This document shows, piece by piece, positions 16,327 through 25,612 of a stretch of 30,995 bases of DNA. Each line of letters starts with the position of its first letter. Position 1 is the stretch's first letter. The notes below the pieces were generated by a model. That model searched no databases. It worked only from the letters and a program-made list of their open reading frames with translations, and had not been told where the DNA came from. The translations under genes and the position numbers were made by a program. This DNA comes from a virus (lineage: Duplodnaviria; Caudoviricetes), in IMG/VR virus record IMGVR_UViG_3300037478_000316, positions 1 to 30,995 of that record; one strand, given 5' to 3'.

Positions 16327-17826
16327 ATGGACCTCTACCCCTACCAGTCCGCCGCAATCTCCCGCGCACGCGACGCGATCCGAGCAGGCCAACGGCGTGT
16401 CCTGCTCGTCGCCCCGACAGGTTCGGGGAAGACAGTCCTCGCCGGTTTCATGATCCAGCAGGTCGCAGCACGTGGCGGGCGTGCTGTGTTCCTGGCCCAT
16501 AGAAAAGAGTTGATCGACCAGCCATCCCGCCTGCTCGAGTCGATGGCGATCCGTCACGGCGTAGTGAAGGCGGGACATTGGCGGGTTGATCCCGCAGCAC
16601 CCGTGCAAGTCGCGTCGATCCAGACGCTCGAAGCCCGCAAGCAGACGATCGAAGGCGTGACGCTGCTGATCGTCGACGAAGCTCACCGCTGCCGCTCGGC
16701 ATCGTACGAACGCGTCATCGCCCGCCACTCGGGCGCCGTACTCGTCGGACTCACCGCCACCCCCTGGCGCCTGGACAAGAAAGGCCTGGGCTCGATCTAC
16801 CACGAGGTCATCGTAGTCGCGACGCCTGGCGAGCTGATCTCTGACGGCCACCTCGTGGAGCCGCGAGTCTTCGCCCCGAGCGCGCCGAACATGGCCAGCG
16901 TCGGCAAAACCGGCGGCGACTGGAAGCCGGCCGAAGCTGCCGAAGAGATGCAACGCTCCGTCCTTGTCGGCGACATGGTGGGCCACTGGCGCAAGTACGC
17001 CGAGGGGCGCCGCACCGTTTGCTTCGCGTCGACGTGCGAGCACAGCCGCAAGATCGTCGAAGCGTTCACCGACGCGGGGATCCGGGCCGAGCATGTCGAC
17101 GGCCACACTGCGGACGGCGAACGCACCGCAATCCTCGAGCGCCTGCGCACCGGCGACACCACCGTGGTGTGCAACGTCGACTTGGTGACCGAGGGGTACG
17201 ACCTGCCGGAGCTGTCGTGCGCGATCCTGGCGAGGCCCACCGAGTCGATCACGAAATATATCCAAATGATTGGCCGGATCATGCGCACCCACGAGAGCAA
17301 GACTGACGCGATCGTGCTCGACCATGCCGGCTGCACCGTGCGCCACGGCTTCGTGTCCGACGAGCGGGACTATTCGATCGACTCGGCCACACCGAAGGCC
17401 AAGCCGATCTCCGACTGCAAAGTGTGCGGCTCGTGCATGGCCGTCGTGCCGAGTGCCGCGCGTACCTGCCCGAGCTGCAACGAGAGCATGGCTGCGGAGT
17501 CGGTGCCGCGTGAAGGCCCGCAAGAAGTCGGCGGCGACCTGGCCGAGTATTCGAAGACTGCGACAGAGTGCGGTTCATGCGGTGACACGAACACACTGAT
17601 CGAACGGATCTCCGAGTTCCGCGTGGCCATCGTGTGTCGAAGGTGTGGGAATCGTCAGGGCGAAACGGACGAACAGAAAGCGGCATCAGCAGACATGGCC
17701 GCAAAGCGTAGGGAGTGGAAGAGACTTGATGCAATCCGTGCGGCGAAGGGGTACAATCCAGGATGGACGGCGCACCAATATCGCGCAGTGTTTCAATGTT
17801 GGCCACGCGGGGTGAAAGATGGATGA
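16327..17826 (+). CDS. SF2 DEAH-box helicase with C-terminal Zn ribbons (RadD/Irc3-like)
   Basis: LYPYQ, APTGSGKT, DEAH, GLTATP, TEGYDLP, QMIGRIMR, LDHAG; several CxxC pairs. Confidence 0.93.
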   Translation: MDLYPYQSAAISRARDAIRAGQRRVLLVAPTGSGKTVLAGFMIQQVAARGGRAVFLAHRKELIDQPSRLLESMAIRHGVVKAGHWRVDPAAPVQVASIQTLEARKQTIEGVTLLIVDEAHRCRSASYERVIARHSGAVLVGLTATPWRLDKKGLGSIYHEVIVVATPGELISDGHLVEPRVFAPSAPNMASVGKTGGDWKPAEAAEEMQRSVLVGDMVGHWRKYAEGRRTVCFASTCEHSRKIVEAFTDAGIRAEHVDGHTADGERTAILERLRTGDTTVVCNVDLVTEGYDLPELSCAILARPTESITKYIQMIGRIMRTHESKTDAIVLDHAGCTVRHGFVSDERDYSIDSATPKAKPISDCKVCGSCMAVVPSAARTCPSCNESMAAESVPREGPQEVGGDLAEYSKTATECGSCGDTNTLIERISEFRVAIVCRRCGNRQGETDEQKAASADMAAKRREWKRLDAIRAAKGYNPGWTAHQYRAVFQCWPRGVKDG

Positions 17827-18346
17827 TGCTGTAGAGATCGTAACGTCCACTGGGCATGTCGCGCTTGTGGACAGGGCTGATTTAGGGATTCAGGTTGGAG
17901 GTCGAACGGTTGGCACATTGTGCTGGAACACAAAGCAAGAGCGCGGAGGATGCGTCTACGTGCAATCAAAAGCATATTTCGAAGGTGTTCAAAAATCCGT
18001 GTACTTACATCGCGTCATCATGGGCGTTACCGACCCAAAGATCGATGTTGACCACATAGACGGCGATGGGCTGAATAACCGGCGCTCGAACCTGCGCGCG
18101 GTCACGCGACAGAAGAATCTCAGGAACAAGCATCGCACTTACGGAACGTCGAAGTTCATCGGGGTTTGCTGGTTCAAGCAGACGAGCAAGTGGCACGCAC
18201 AGATCAAAGTCGACGGCAAGCGCAAGCATCTGGGCTACCACTCGGACGAGGAATCCGCTGCTCGGGCCTACGACGCCGCTGCTCTCGCCATTGACCCTGA
18301 CTGGCTCACCAACGAGAAGGCTGGGAGGTTCGCGAATGATCGATGA
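17819..18346 (+). CDS. HNH-AP2 homing-endonuclease-like protein
   Basis: YLHRVIM, VDHIDGDGLNNRRSNLR, SKFIGV...WHAQI...HLGY...EESAARAYDAAA. Confidence 0.92.
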   Translation: MDDAVEIVTSTGHVALVDRADLGIQVGGRTVGTLCWNTKQERGGCVYVQSKAYFEGVQKSVYLHRVIMGVTDPKIDVDHIDGDGLNNRRSNLRAVTRQKNLRNKHRTYGTSKFIGVCWFKQTSKWHAQIKVDGKRKHLGYHSDEESAARAYDAAALAIDPDWLTNEKAGRFANDR

Positions 18347-18548
18347 AGTTCAATACGATCTGGTCGTTGAGTTGCTCGGGCGAGACGCGTTCGTCGAAGC
18401 GTCTATCATTCAAACGCGAAACGGAAGGAGTGCCCTGTGGGAGATCGGAGTCGAAGGTTCGGACAGCTATGCAGTGCGGCGGCTAGGCCACGGTGCAACC
18501 TTCACACAAGCACTCGAGATGGTGCAGGCAGGGCAGAGATTCAGGTGA
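18336..18548 (+). CDS. hypothetical protein
   Basis: GGAGG RBS before ATG 18336. Confidence 0.6.
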   Translation: MIDEVQYDLVVELLGRDAFVEASIIQTRNGRSALWEIGVEGSDSYAVRRLGHGATFTQALEMVQAGQRFR

Positions 18549-18901
18549 GCAATATTCCCTCCGAGTATCAAGAATCGGTCGCACTAGCGAAGTGGATGGA
18601 CGCGCGGGACATCGTCTACACCCATGTGGCAAATGAAGATGTCGGACCGCTGAAGCGAGGCGCACAGACCAAGTCGATGGGCCGCAAGCCGGGCGTTCCC
18701 GACTACCTCATCTTCACGCCTCCGCCGAAGTACCCACACGTGCGAGGCGTGGCGATCGAACTCAAGCGACGAGAAGGTGGTCGCACATCAGCGGCGCAAT
18801 CGAGCTTCCTCGAAAAACTGAACACGGCCGGGTGGCGTGCAGCAGTGTGTCCCGGCGCTGCGAATGCGGTGGATTTTCTCCGACGACTGGGATGGGAGTA
18901 G
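18545..18901 (+). CDS. VRR-NUC nuclease (putative Holliday junction resolvase)
   Basis: HVANE, MGRKPGVPDYLI, IELKRREGGRTSAAQ..FL..L...GW. Confidence 0.88.
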   Translation: MSNIPSEYQESVALAKWMDARDIVYTHVANEDVGPLKRGAQTKSMGRKPGVPDYLIFTPPPKYPHVRGVAIELKRREGGRTSAAQSSFLEKLNTAGWRAAVCPGAANAVDFLRRLGWE

Positions 18902-18905
18902 AACG

Positions 18906-19145
18906 ATGACGCGCGAAATAGCAGTCAAGATGATCGAACAATACTGTAAGGTGTTCGTGGAAGAAGGCGGGAAAACCCCCTTCAGCACGACCTTGACCGA
19001 GGCTTACCTTCGCTTTCCCGCCGAAGGCAGCACATCGAAGGCGATGCGGTGGCTTGGCTTCATGCAGGGTGCAGCCTTCGCATTCAACGTCTTTTCGCTC
19101 AAGGAGATCAAGGAGCACAGCAGACTAGGCGAGGTGACACGATGA
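18906..19145 (+). CDS. hypothetical phage protein
   Basis: GGAG RBS; KAMRWLGFMQG motif. Confidence 0.65.
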   Translation: MTREIAVKMIEQYCKVFVEEGGKTPFSTTLTEAYLRFPAEGSTSKAMRWLGFMQGAAFAFNVFSLKEIKEHSRLGEVTR

Positions 19146-19549
19146 GCGACGAAGACATGATGAAGGCACACGACGCAGCCTTGACTGCGCAGTCGCCCAC
19201 GATCGCCAACCTGCAACGTCAGGCGCACGCGATGTCCGTCGAGAAGGGCTGGTGGGACGAGATCCCTTGCGTGCTCGGCATGCGGATCATGACGCCCGAT
19301 CAGATGCTCGCAAAGTTCGCGCTCGTCCATTCCGAGATCAGCGAGGCCACCGAAGAGGCACGGCGCGGCCGGACCAAGGAGTACGAGATCGACGGCAAAC
19401 CCGAGGGGGTCCCGGTCGAGCTGGCCGACGCGGTGATCCGAATCATGGACTACGCCGAAGCGCAGGGCTACGACCTCGAAGGCGCGATCATTCGGAAGAT
19501 GGCGTACAATGCCGGCCGGAGTCATCGTCATGGGGGGAAGCTGGCATGA
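19142..19549 (+). CDS. MazG-like nucleotide pyrophosphohydrolase
   Basis: KGWW, LVHSEISEATEEAR, KPEGVPVELADAVIRIMD, KMAYNAGR. Confidence 0.88.
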   Translation: MSDEDMMKAHDAALTAQSPTIANLQRQAHAMSVEKGWWDEIPCVLGMRIMTPDQMLAKFALVHSEISEATEEARRGRTKEYEIDGKPEGVPVELADAVIRIMDYAEAQGYDLEGAIIRKMAYNAGRSHRHGGKLA

Positions 19550-19833
19550 GCGAGCGAACGATCATCGAAGCGCTTTGCGCCCAAGTCGAAGAGCTAAAGC
19601 GCGGCCTCGACCACTGGCACCAGATGGCAAAACGTTCGGGAGCTCGAAGAGGTGAGGAACGGGCGAAGCGTCTCGAAATGGAGGCCGATGCGATCGATAA
19701 CCTGTCAGCGGCATCCGGCGCTCTATGGCAGTGGCGCGAGTGGGCATCGACCATCACCAACGTCGCATGGGACACCGATGTCGGAATGCGCAAGCGAGTA
19801 GAAACCGTCATCCGGAAGGCGTGTGCAGACTAA
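19546..19833 (+). CDS. hypothetical coiled-coil protein
   Basis: ATGA/TAATG coupling with neighbours. Confidence 0.6.
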   Translation: MSERTIIEALCAQVEELKRGLDHWHQMAKRSGARRGEERAKRLEMEADAIDNLSAASGALWQWREWASTITNVAWDTDVGMRKRVETVIRKACAD

Positions 19834-20213
19834 TGAACCGCAACGACGAGCGTGTAATGATCGTGTGCGGCGGACGATACCTGTCGGACACGAGCGCGAG
19901 GCGAGATGCACTCAAGAAAGAGATCCTCGCATTCCAACCGACCGTCATCTTCCACGGCGGATGCAGAGGCGCCGATGCGCTCGCCGGGTCCGTGGCGCGG
20001 GAGATGGGGATCCCGGTGCGAGTGTTCGAGCCGGACTGGCGTGGACTGGGCAGACGCGCTGGCCCGGTGCGCAACATGACCATGGCCGTCACAGCCCGAG
20101 ACATTGCAGCCGCCGCAGCGGTGCGGCTGTGCGCATTCCCTGGCGGACCCGGCACCCTCAGCATGACCCGCATATGCGAAGACCTGCACATCCCGGTTGC
20201 GGAGCTGGCATGA
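19833..20213 (+). CDS. SLOG-family protein (DUF2493/YspA-like)
   Basis: MIVCGGR, IFHGGCRGADALA, PDW...GRRAGPVRN..M, AFPGGPGT.SM. Confidence 0.88.
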   Translation: MNRNDERVMIVCGGRYLSDTSARRDALKKEILAFQPTVIFHGGCRGADALAGSVAREMGIPVRVFEPDWRGLGRRAGPVRNMTMAVTARDIAAAAAVRLCAFPGGPGTLSMTRICEDLHIPVAELA

Positions 20214-20974
20214 TCACGATCGCCCAACTCAACCTCCGCGGCTCCGGTCGCTGGCGTCGAGCCCGATGCCCGCTGCCCCAGTGCGACGGCAAGCGCCAGC
20301 CCAGCCTGGTCGTCAACGTGGACGACGGCACGTGGCGATGCTGGCGGTGCGACGCGTTCGGCACCGACGGTCAGCACACCAGCAGCCCGCACAGACCGCC
20401 CACCCCACAGCGCGACCCAACGGCGCTGATCCAGCACATCCTGGACGACTGCCGCCCGCTCCACGCGGGAGACCCGGGCCACCGGTACCTGACCAGCCGA
20501 GGAGCTCGAGAGCCCTTCGGCTCGGACCTTCGGCACCACGCGGGCCTGTGGCACACGCCAAGCCGCCGGAAGTGGCCGGCCATGGTGGCAGTCGTGCGAG
20601 GTGGTGACGGGGACGTCAGGGCCCTGCACCGGACCTATCTGACGCCCGAGGGCGGGAAGGCTCCCGTCGAGCCGGTGCGCATGATGCTCGGCCCGACGGG
20701 CGGCGGAGCTGTGCGGCTGCCCGGAGGCCACAGAGACGGCGCGATAGCCATCACCGAAGGCATCGAAGACGGCCTGCGGATCCGAGCGCATCTCGGCTGC
20801 GAGACTTGGGCCGGACTATCGGCGAGCGGCATCACGAACATGGAGGTTCCGCGCAGAGTGCGGAGGGCTATCCTGGTACCGGACCGCGACGGGGTCGGCT
20901 GGGCTGCGACTGGCGCACTGGAGCGGAGATTGCGAGCGAACGGCGTTCAGGTGCAGCGGAGATGGGCGCGGTGA
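20210..20974 (+). CDS. Zn-finger plus TOPRIM DNA primase
   Basis: CPLPQC...CWRC, RYLTSRG, PAMVA, LHRTYL, MMLG...GGAVRL, ITEGIEDGL, WAGLSA, PDRD. Confidence 0.85.
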   Translation: MITIAQLNLRGSGRWRRARCPLPQCDGKRQPSLVVNVDDGTWRCWRCDAFGTDGQHTSSPHRPPTPQRDPTALIQHILDDCRPLHAGDPGHRYLTSRGAREPFGSDLRHHAGLWHTPSRRKWPAMVAVVRGGDGDVRALHRTYLTPEGGKAPVEPVRMMLGPTGGGAVRLPGGHRDGAIAITEGIEDGLRIRAHLGCETWAGLSASGITNMEVPRRVRRAILVPDRDGVGWAATGALERRLRANGVQVQRRWAR

Positions 20975-21016
20975 TTTTGGGTTGCGAAAGTAGCAACGCA
21001 GCCAGCCCCAGTTGAG

Positions 21017-21694
21017 TTGGAGCACACTCCGGAGCTGGCTCGCGCGCTGGAGATGTTGAGCGATGCCAGGCATGGCGACTCGTACGGCGGCGAGCACGAC
21101 GGCAAGCGCTGGTGGATCGAACTCACAATGCCCACCGGCTGTCCATGCGGTCACCCCGTAATCTCTGCCGACACCGAAGACCTGCCCGTCCCGCTGTGTG
21201 ATGAGTGCTGGGCCGAGACGCAGGCGGAGGTCCGGCGTCACGATGAGTATGCGGCTTGGGGGATAGCAGAAAGAGAGTCGAAGCTCCAAGAGCACACCGC
21301 GGGTGTCATTCAGAGGATTCGAGATGCGGCTGCGGAGACGTTCAAAGACGACCCTGACCCGCGGATCAAATACACCGAAGAGAATGTCGAGCGGGTGCGC
21401 GATGCGGTCGTGGATGCCATCAGTGGTTTCACGGTGCACGAGTACATGCCGCCGGAGAATCGGAAGGTCGAACGCCGGTGGACTGCTGCCGACTACACGC
21501 TGCCGGAGGGTTGCAAACAGAAGCCGCTGCCGCCCATCGTCATCCACCAGCGCCCCCTGCCGCCCATGCAGCCCCGTCACTACGTCGACGAGAGCACCGA
21601 GCTTCCAGTGATGCGAGACCCTCGCCCACGTGGCGGATGGCCGACTCGTTGCCGAAACTGCGGCAGCGATGGTGGCGGCTGCGCTCTTTGCTAA
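21017..21694 (+). CDS. hypothetical protein, start uncertain
   Basis: Only long ORF in the gap; stop overlaps the convergent minor head gene stop. Confidence 0.55.
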   Translation: MEHTPELARALEMLSDARHGDSYGGEHDGKRWWIELTMPTGCPCGHPVISADTEDLPVPLCDECWAETQAEVRRHDEYAAWGIAERESKLQEHTAGVIQRIRDAAAETFKDDPDPRIKYTEENVERVRDAVVDAISGFTVHEYMPPENRKVERRWTAADYTLPEGCKQKPLPPIVIHQRPLPPMQPRHYVDESTELPVMRDPRPRGGWPTRCRNCGSDGGGCALC

Positions 21695-22488
21695 ACCTCG
21701 AAGTCCGCCGCCCCCACATCCCCGTCCAGCCCAAGCGCCGACAACACGTCATCGTCGATGACCGCCTGAGCGAAGCAGCGGCACCCAGGATCCTGGCCCG
21801 GCCGCCTCCCGCCAGGAGGGTCGTCGATGTCGTAGACCTTGCCTTCAAGTGCGCGATGCTCTGGTCGCACCTTGCTGTCGCCCTGCGTTCCCCATTGTTC
21901 TTTCTTGACGCCCACCGCCTTTGCCCGCGCGGCCGACACCTCGGCTTGCAGGTTGTGAAGCTGGTGATTCGCGATCGTCTTGAGCCGCCCTTCGACGGTC
22001 CCGAACTCCACCGGGATCCCCTCTCGGCGCCACATCTTCACGAGGTCATCGGCGCTCTGGCCATTCTCCAGCGCCTTGATCACGTCGCGTCGCATGGCTT
22101 CGGCGATCTCCGAGCGCACCGACGTGATGTCTTTCGCAGCCGCCTTGGTCCACTTGTCGATCAACTTCTCCCCCTCGTACTTGGGCGTCGGCCTGCTCTT
22201 CCGTTTCTTGCGGTCGAACCCAGCGCGCCGCATCAGCGGTGCCCATGCTCGCGACGTCTCGGCTTCGATGGCCTTACCCTTCGCCCCGACCAGTTTGGCG
22301 ATCTTGTCGTCGCTGAACTCCCGGGCTAGCGATGCCTTCAACGCAGCCGCCACAGACCGAGGGTTGCCGGCCATGGCTTGAGTCGCGAACGCCTTTGCAG
22401 TGGCCTGGACACGCTTCGCCATGCGCATCAAATCACGCGTCAGCACGATCTCGTGAGACTTCGACAGCGGCTTGCCGATGACCTTCAC
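21691..22488 (-). CDS. phage minor head morphogenesis protein (Mu gpF / SPP1 gp7 family)
   Basis: IANHQ, WGTQGDSKVRPEHRALEGKVY..DDPP...PGQDPGCRC. Confidence 0.9.
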   Translation of the reverse strand: MKVIGKPLSKSHEIVLTRDLMRMAKRVQATAKAFATQAMAGNPRSVAAALKASLAREFSDDKIAKLVGAKGKAIEAETSRAWAPLMRRAGFDRKKRKSRPTPKYEGEKLIDKWTKAAAKDITSVRSEIAEAMRRDVIKALENGQSADDLVKMWRREGIPVEFGTVEGRLKTIANHQLHNLQAEVSAARAKAVGVKKEQWGTQGDSKVRPEHRALEGKVYDIDDPPGGRRPGQDPGCRCFAQAVIDDDVLSALGLDGDVGAADFEV

Positions 22489-24266
22489 GCGGCCTCTTCC
22501 TCGGGCTCCGGTTCCGGTTCATCACCCGGCTTCGGCTGGTGTGCGACTCCCAAGACTTCGGAGATCGCGTAACGCCAGCGTCCACCGATCCTCCAGCCGC
22601 CGATCTCTCCGCGCTTGTGCATCGACCGGACCGACCCGGCGCTGATACCAAGCTGTGCGCCGATGTCCTTGCCGCTCATCAACGTCTCACCAGCTGGTGG
22701 TGCGTGTGGCGACTCGACCAAGGGCTCCTCCCCTTCGACTTCCAGGCCAGTGGTCGGGACGCCTGGGGCACCAGGAGGTGGAGTCGCGGGCGGTGGTCCC
22801 AAGACGTTGGTCTCCCGGCCTCGCATCGACGGGAACGCGGTGCCAATGGTGCCGATCGCCTGTTGGTAGGTGATCTCGCCGGCGTTCATCATCCTCATGA
22901 TCTCCAACATGCCGGTGATCTGCGCACCGTTCAACGCCAGGTCTTCGGGTGACGCGACCTCTGCAGCCGGTGCAGCCTCCGGTGCCACCTCACCCGGCGC
23001 AGGCGTCAACGAAAGCGGCTCCTCGGGCTCGTCGCGGAACCCAAGTTCCCCACGGATCTCCACTTCGGACTTCACGCCCATCTGCCACTGAATGTGGTGC
23101 GTCTCGGCTTGCATCTTCTCCCGTGCCGCCTTTTCGTCGTCGCTCTCCTGCCACAGCGGCTCGTGGTCGACGGTCCACGTGGCTCCCTTGTAGCCCCACG
23201 CATGGAACGCCACTTCCAAGATCCGATCGATGGCCGGCGTGATCTTGTCCTCTTGGTACGCCGCGACCATGTCGTAATACATCCGCAGTGGCCCGGCGCT
23301 CTCTCCCGTGTTCAGACCGCCCGGCGTCTGCCCGATCAGGATCTCCCGAGGGTAGTCCGTCGCGGCGACTAGCGCAGATTCGAACTTCTCCATCGTCTCG
23401 TGCACTCCAGTCATCGTCAGGGTGGTCGCGCCGATCTCATCTTCGGAGTCCATTCCGAACAGGCCGAGCGAGTCCATTGCCTGCCGTGCATCTCGCAGCG
23501 CTTCGCGGAGTTTGGTACGGCCATCGTCAGTGGCTGCCATGCCGCGCCAACCCTGCAGCTTCACGTACATGATCGACGCGATGAACATCATCGACAGCGC
23601 CAACTGTCGTGACTGCCCGTAGCCAGAGAGCTCAGCGAACACGCGGTCAAGCGCAGACGGTCCCCAGCCGTCGCCCTGCTCGAGCACGGTTTGCGGAAGC
23701 TCAACATGGTCGAACCGGATCACCCGGCTGTGATGCACGATGATCGAGCCGCGCCGCGTCAGGCCACGAACGTCGTAGCGCAGAACCTTCTGCGATGTCG
23801 GCGAGCCAAACGCTGCATCCCACTCACGGGGGATCGCATCACGCGAAGGCACTACGAACAGGGGCCACATGTCCTTGACGCGATCCATGCGCATCGGCAT
23901 ACGGGAGGGTTGGCCATCGTCGACGCCCATCACGATCAGCGCCCCGCCGTACTTCCGCTCCCACTTGATCGCCGTGTTGATCGCCTTGCGGAGGCCGATG
24001 TCATCGCACTTCGATTGCAGCACGGCCGGGTCGATCGGCACGTCGCTCGCCTTCAGACACCAGCCTTCACGCGTGGCGTCATGTGCCATACGATCGACGA
24101 TGCGAGCGGCCAATGCGTTCTCCTCATACAGCGCTTCGGCCTGCTCTGGCGACAACTTCCCGCGGCGCTTGAACCTGGCACCGAGCGCACGATCCTTGTT
24201 GCTGCCCAGCGATGAGAGCGTGCCGGCCCAACTGTCGATCCGCGTGATGCCTTCTCGTTTCTTCAT
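22485..24266 (-). CDS. phage portal protein (DUF1073 family) with a C-terminal HTH extension
   Basis: LYEENALAARIVD...DATREGW, RKYGGA, VHHSRVIRF, GWGPS.L, YPREILIGQTPGGLNTGE, YYDMV, PLWQESD.EKA; follows terL. Confidence 0.9.
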   Translation of the reverse strand: MKKREGITRIDSWAGTLSSLGSNKDRALGARFKRRGKLSPEQAEALYEENALAARIVDRMAHDATREGWCLKASDVPIDPAVLQSKCDDIGLRKAINTAIKWERKYGGALIVMGVDDGQPSRMPMRMDRVKDMWPLFVVPSRDAIPREWDAAFGSPTSQKVLRYDVRGLTRRGSIIVHHSRVIRFDHVELPQTVLEQGDGWGPSALDRVFAELSGYGQSRQLALSMMFIASIMYVKLQGWRGMAATDDGRTKLREALRDARQAMDSLGLFGMDSEDEIGATTLTMTGVHETMEKFESALVAATDYPREILIGQTPGGLNTGESAGPLRMYYDMVAAYQEDKITPAIDRILEVAFHAWGYKGATWTVDHEPLWQESDDEKAAREKMQAETHHIQWQMGVKSEVEIRGELGFRDEPEEPLSLTPAPGEVAPEAAPAAEVASPEDLALNGAQITGMLEIMRMMNAGEITYQQAIGTIGTAFPSMRGRETNVLGPPPATPPPGAPGVPTTGLEVEGEEPLVESPHAPPAGETLMSGKDIGAQLGISAGSVRSMHKRGEIGGWRIGGRWRYAISEVLGVAHQPKPGDEPEPEPEEEAA

Positions 24267-24280
24267 GGTGTGTCCTTCCG

Positions 24281-25612
24281 TCAGGCTGCCCAGTAGGCGG
24301 AGATCGGCCCGACCAGATCGTCATCAGAGAGCAAAAGGTGTGCGATCGCGTGGACGAGTGCGTCCATTCTGTCTGGCGATTGAGCGCCGGGAACCCAAGA
24401 TGTCAGTTGCTTTTCAAGCTGAGCGAACACACCGACGTGATGCACTCTACCACGTTCGTACAATGCACCGACCGGTTCGGCCCTTGCTCGCTTGGACTTC
24501 GTGGCCCAAACACCGATCACTCGAATACGATGATCGATGGCGCGGATCGCATCGGTCACGAGATCGCCGCCTTGATTCGTCTCGACCACAATCGCGTCGC
24601 AGTCCCATCGGCGGTACGCCATCACGGCAGCGGTCGCCCACTCCTGCGCGCTTGCGGTGCACGGTTGGGTGCAGTCGTCGAGCACGTACGCATCGTCACC
24701 GTCGGTGCCAGCGACTACGATCCCGTTTTCGTCGGTGTCTTCGCCTGACTTGGCGGACGGGTCGACGGACACGATCTTGCGGCGCAGCTCCGGCGGCCGC
24801 TTCACTCGATTCCGGTGGATGTCGTCTTGCTTCAAGATCGAGCCGGCCAGCTCGAGCAACTCGCCTTCCATCTCCTGCCGTCCCACCGTGGTGCCCTCGT
24901 ACCGCTCGACGAACTCACGATACGCGTCGGGGTTCAGGTTCCGCTGATTGTCCGCTGTCGAGCCGCGGGTGATGACGACGCCGCGGTTCCCGGCCTTTGC
25001 ATCTCGCGATAGCTTGATCATCTCCGCGGTTGGCTTCGGCGTCGTCGTGATGATCATCCGTGGCCACGGACCGATCCGTAGTCCGAAGTTCAGATTGTTG
25101 AATGCCTCTTTGGCTTTGGGCCAAGCTGCGAACTCGTCGAGCCACGCGGCGCCGTGCTGCGGTCCGCGTGCCTGGCTGGGCTCGTCTGCGCTGTACGTCT
25201 TGGCGACGGTGCCGTGCGGCCAGATGACCGAGCGCAGGCTTGGCTTGTAGACGAGGTCATAGCCGCGACGCTGGGCGCACGCGATGAGACCGGAGTCTCC
25301 CTCGATCATGACGTCCCGGACATCGGCAACCGACCGGCCCATCAGGGCGATCCGTCCGGCGCACGTCTCCGGTTGCTCTCCGATCTCGCAGGTTTCTTCA
25401 GCGGCGCCACGGGTCTTGCCGAACCCGCGGCCGGCCATGATCATCCACTTCAGCCAGGAACCGGCGGGGGCTAGCTGGCCATCGTGGGCGCAGAACTCCC
25501 AGGACTGGAGAATGCGACGGGCTTTTTCCGGGCCGATAGAGCGCATGAGCCGAAGGAACTCATCTTCATCTTCCCACCGGAGACGCTTCGCAAGCTGCAC
25601 GGACTTCATCAT
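24281..25612 (-). CDS. terL: terminase large subunit
   Basis: AGRGFGKTR, RGPQHGAAWLDE, ITTTP, GRQEMEG, VSVDP, VETNQGGD, SPDRMDA. Confidence 0.95.
   Translation of the reverse strand: MMKSVQLAKRLRWEDEDEFLRLMRSIGPEKARRILQSWEFCAHDGQLAPAGSWLKWMIMAGRGFGKTRGAAEETCEIGEQPETCAGRIALMGRSVADVRDVMIEGDSGLIACAQRRGYDLVYKPSLRSVIWPHGTVAKTYSADEPSQARGPQHGAAWLDEFAAWPKAKEAFNNLNFGLRIGPWPRMIITTTPKPTAEMIKLSRDAKAGNRGVVITRGSTADNQRNLNPDAYREFVERYEGTTVGRQEMEGELLELAGSILKQDDIHRNRVKRPPELRRKIVSVDPSAKSGEDTDENGIVVAGTDGDDAYVLDDCTQPCTASAQEWATAAVMAYRRWDCDAIVVETNQGGDLVTDAIRAIDHRIRVIGVWATKSKRARAEPVGALYERGRVHHVGVFAQLEKQLTSWVPGAQSPDRMDALVHAIAHLLLSDDDLVGPISAYWAA

Noticed and set aside
16096-17523. Long minus-strand ORFs such as 16096..17523, 3958..5160 and 12191..13318
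   Set aside because: Antisense to well-supported helicase, DUF927 and YqaJ genes.
22485-24266. Anti-CBASS Acb1 call for the DUF1073 protein
   Set aside because: I see no pair of HxT phosphoesterase motifs; position and motifs indicate a portal.
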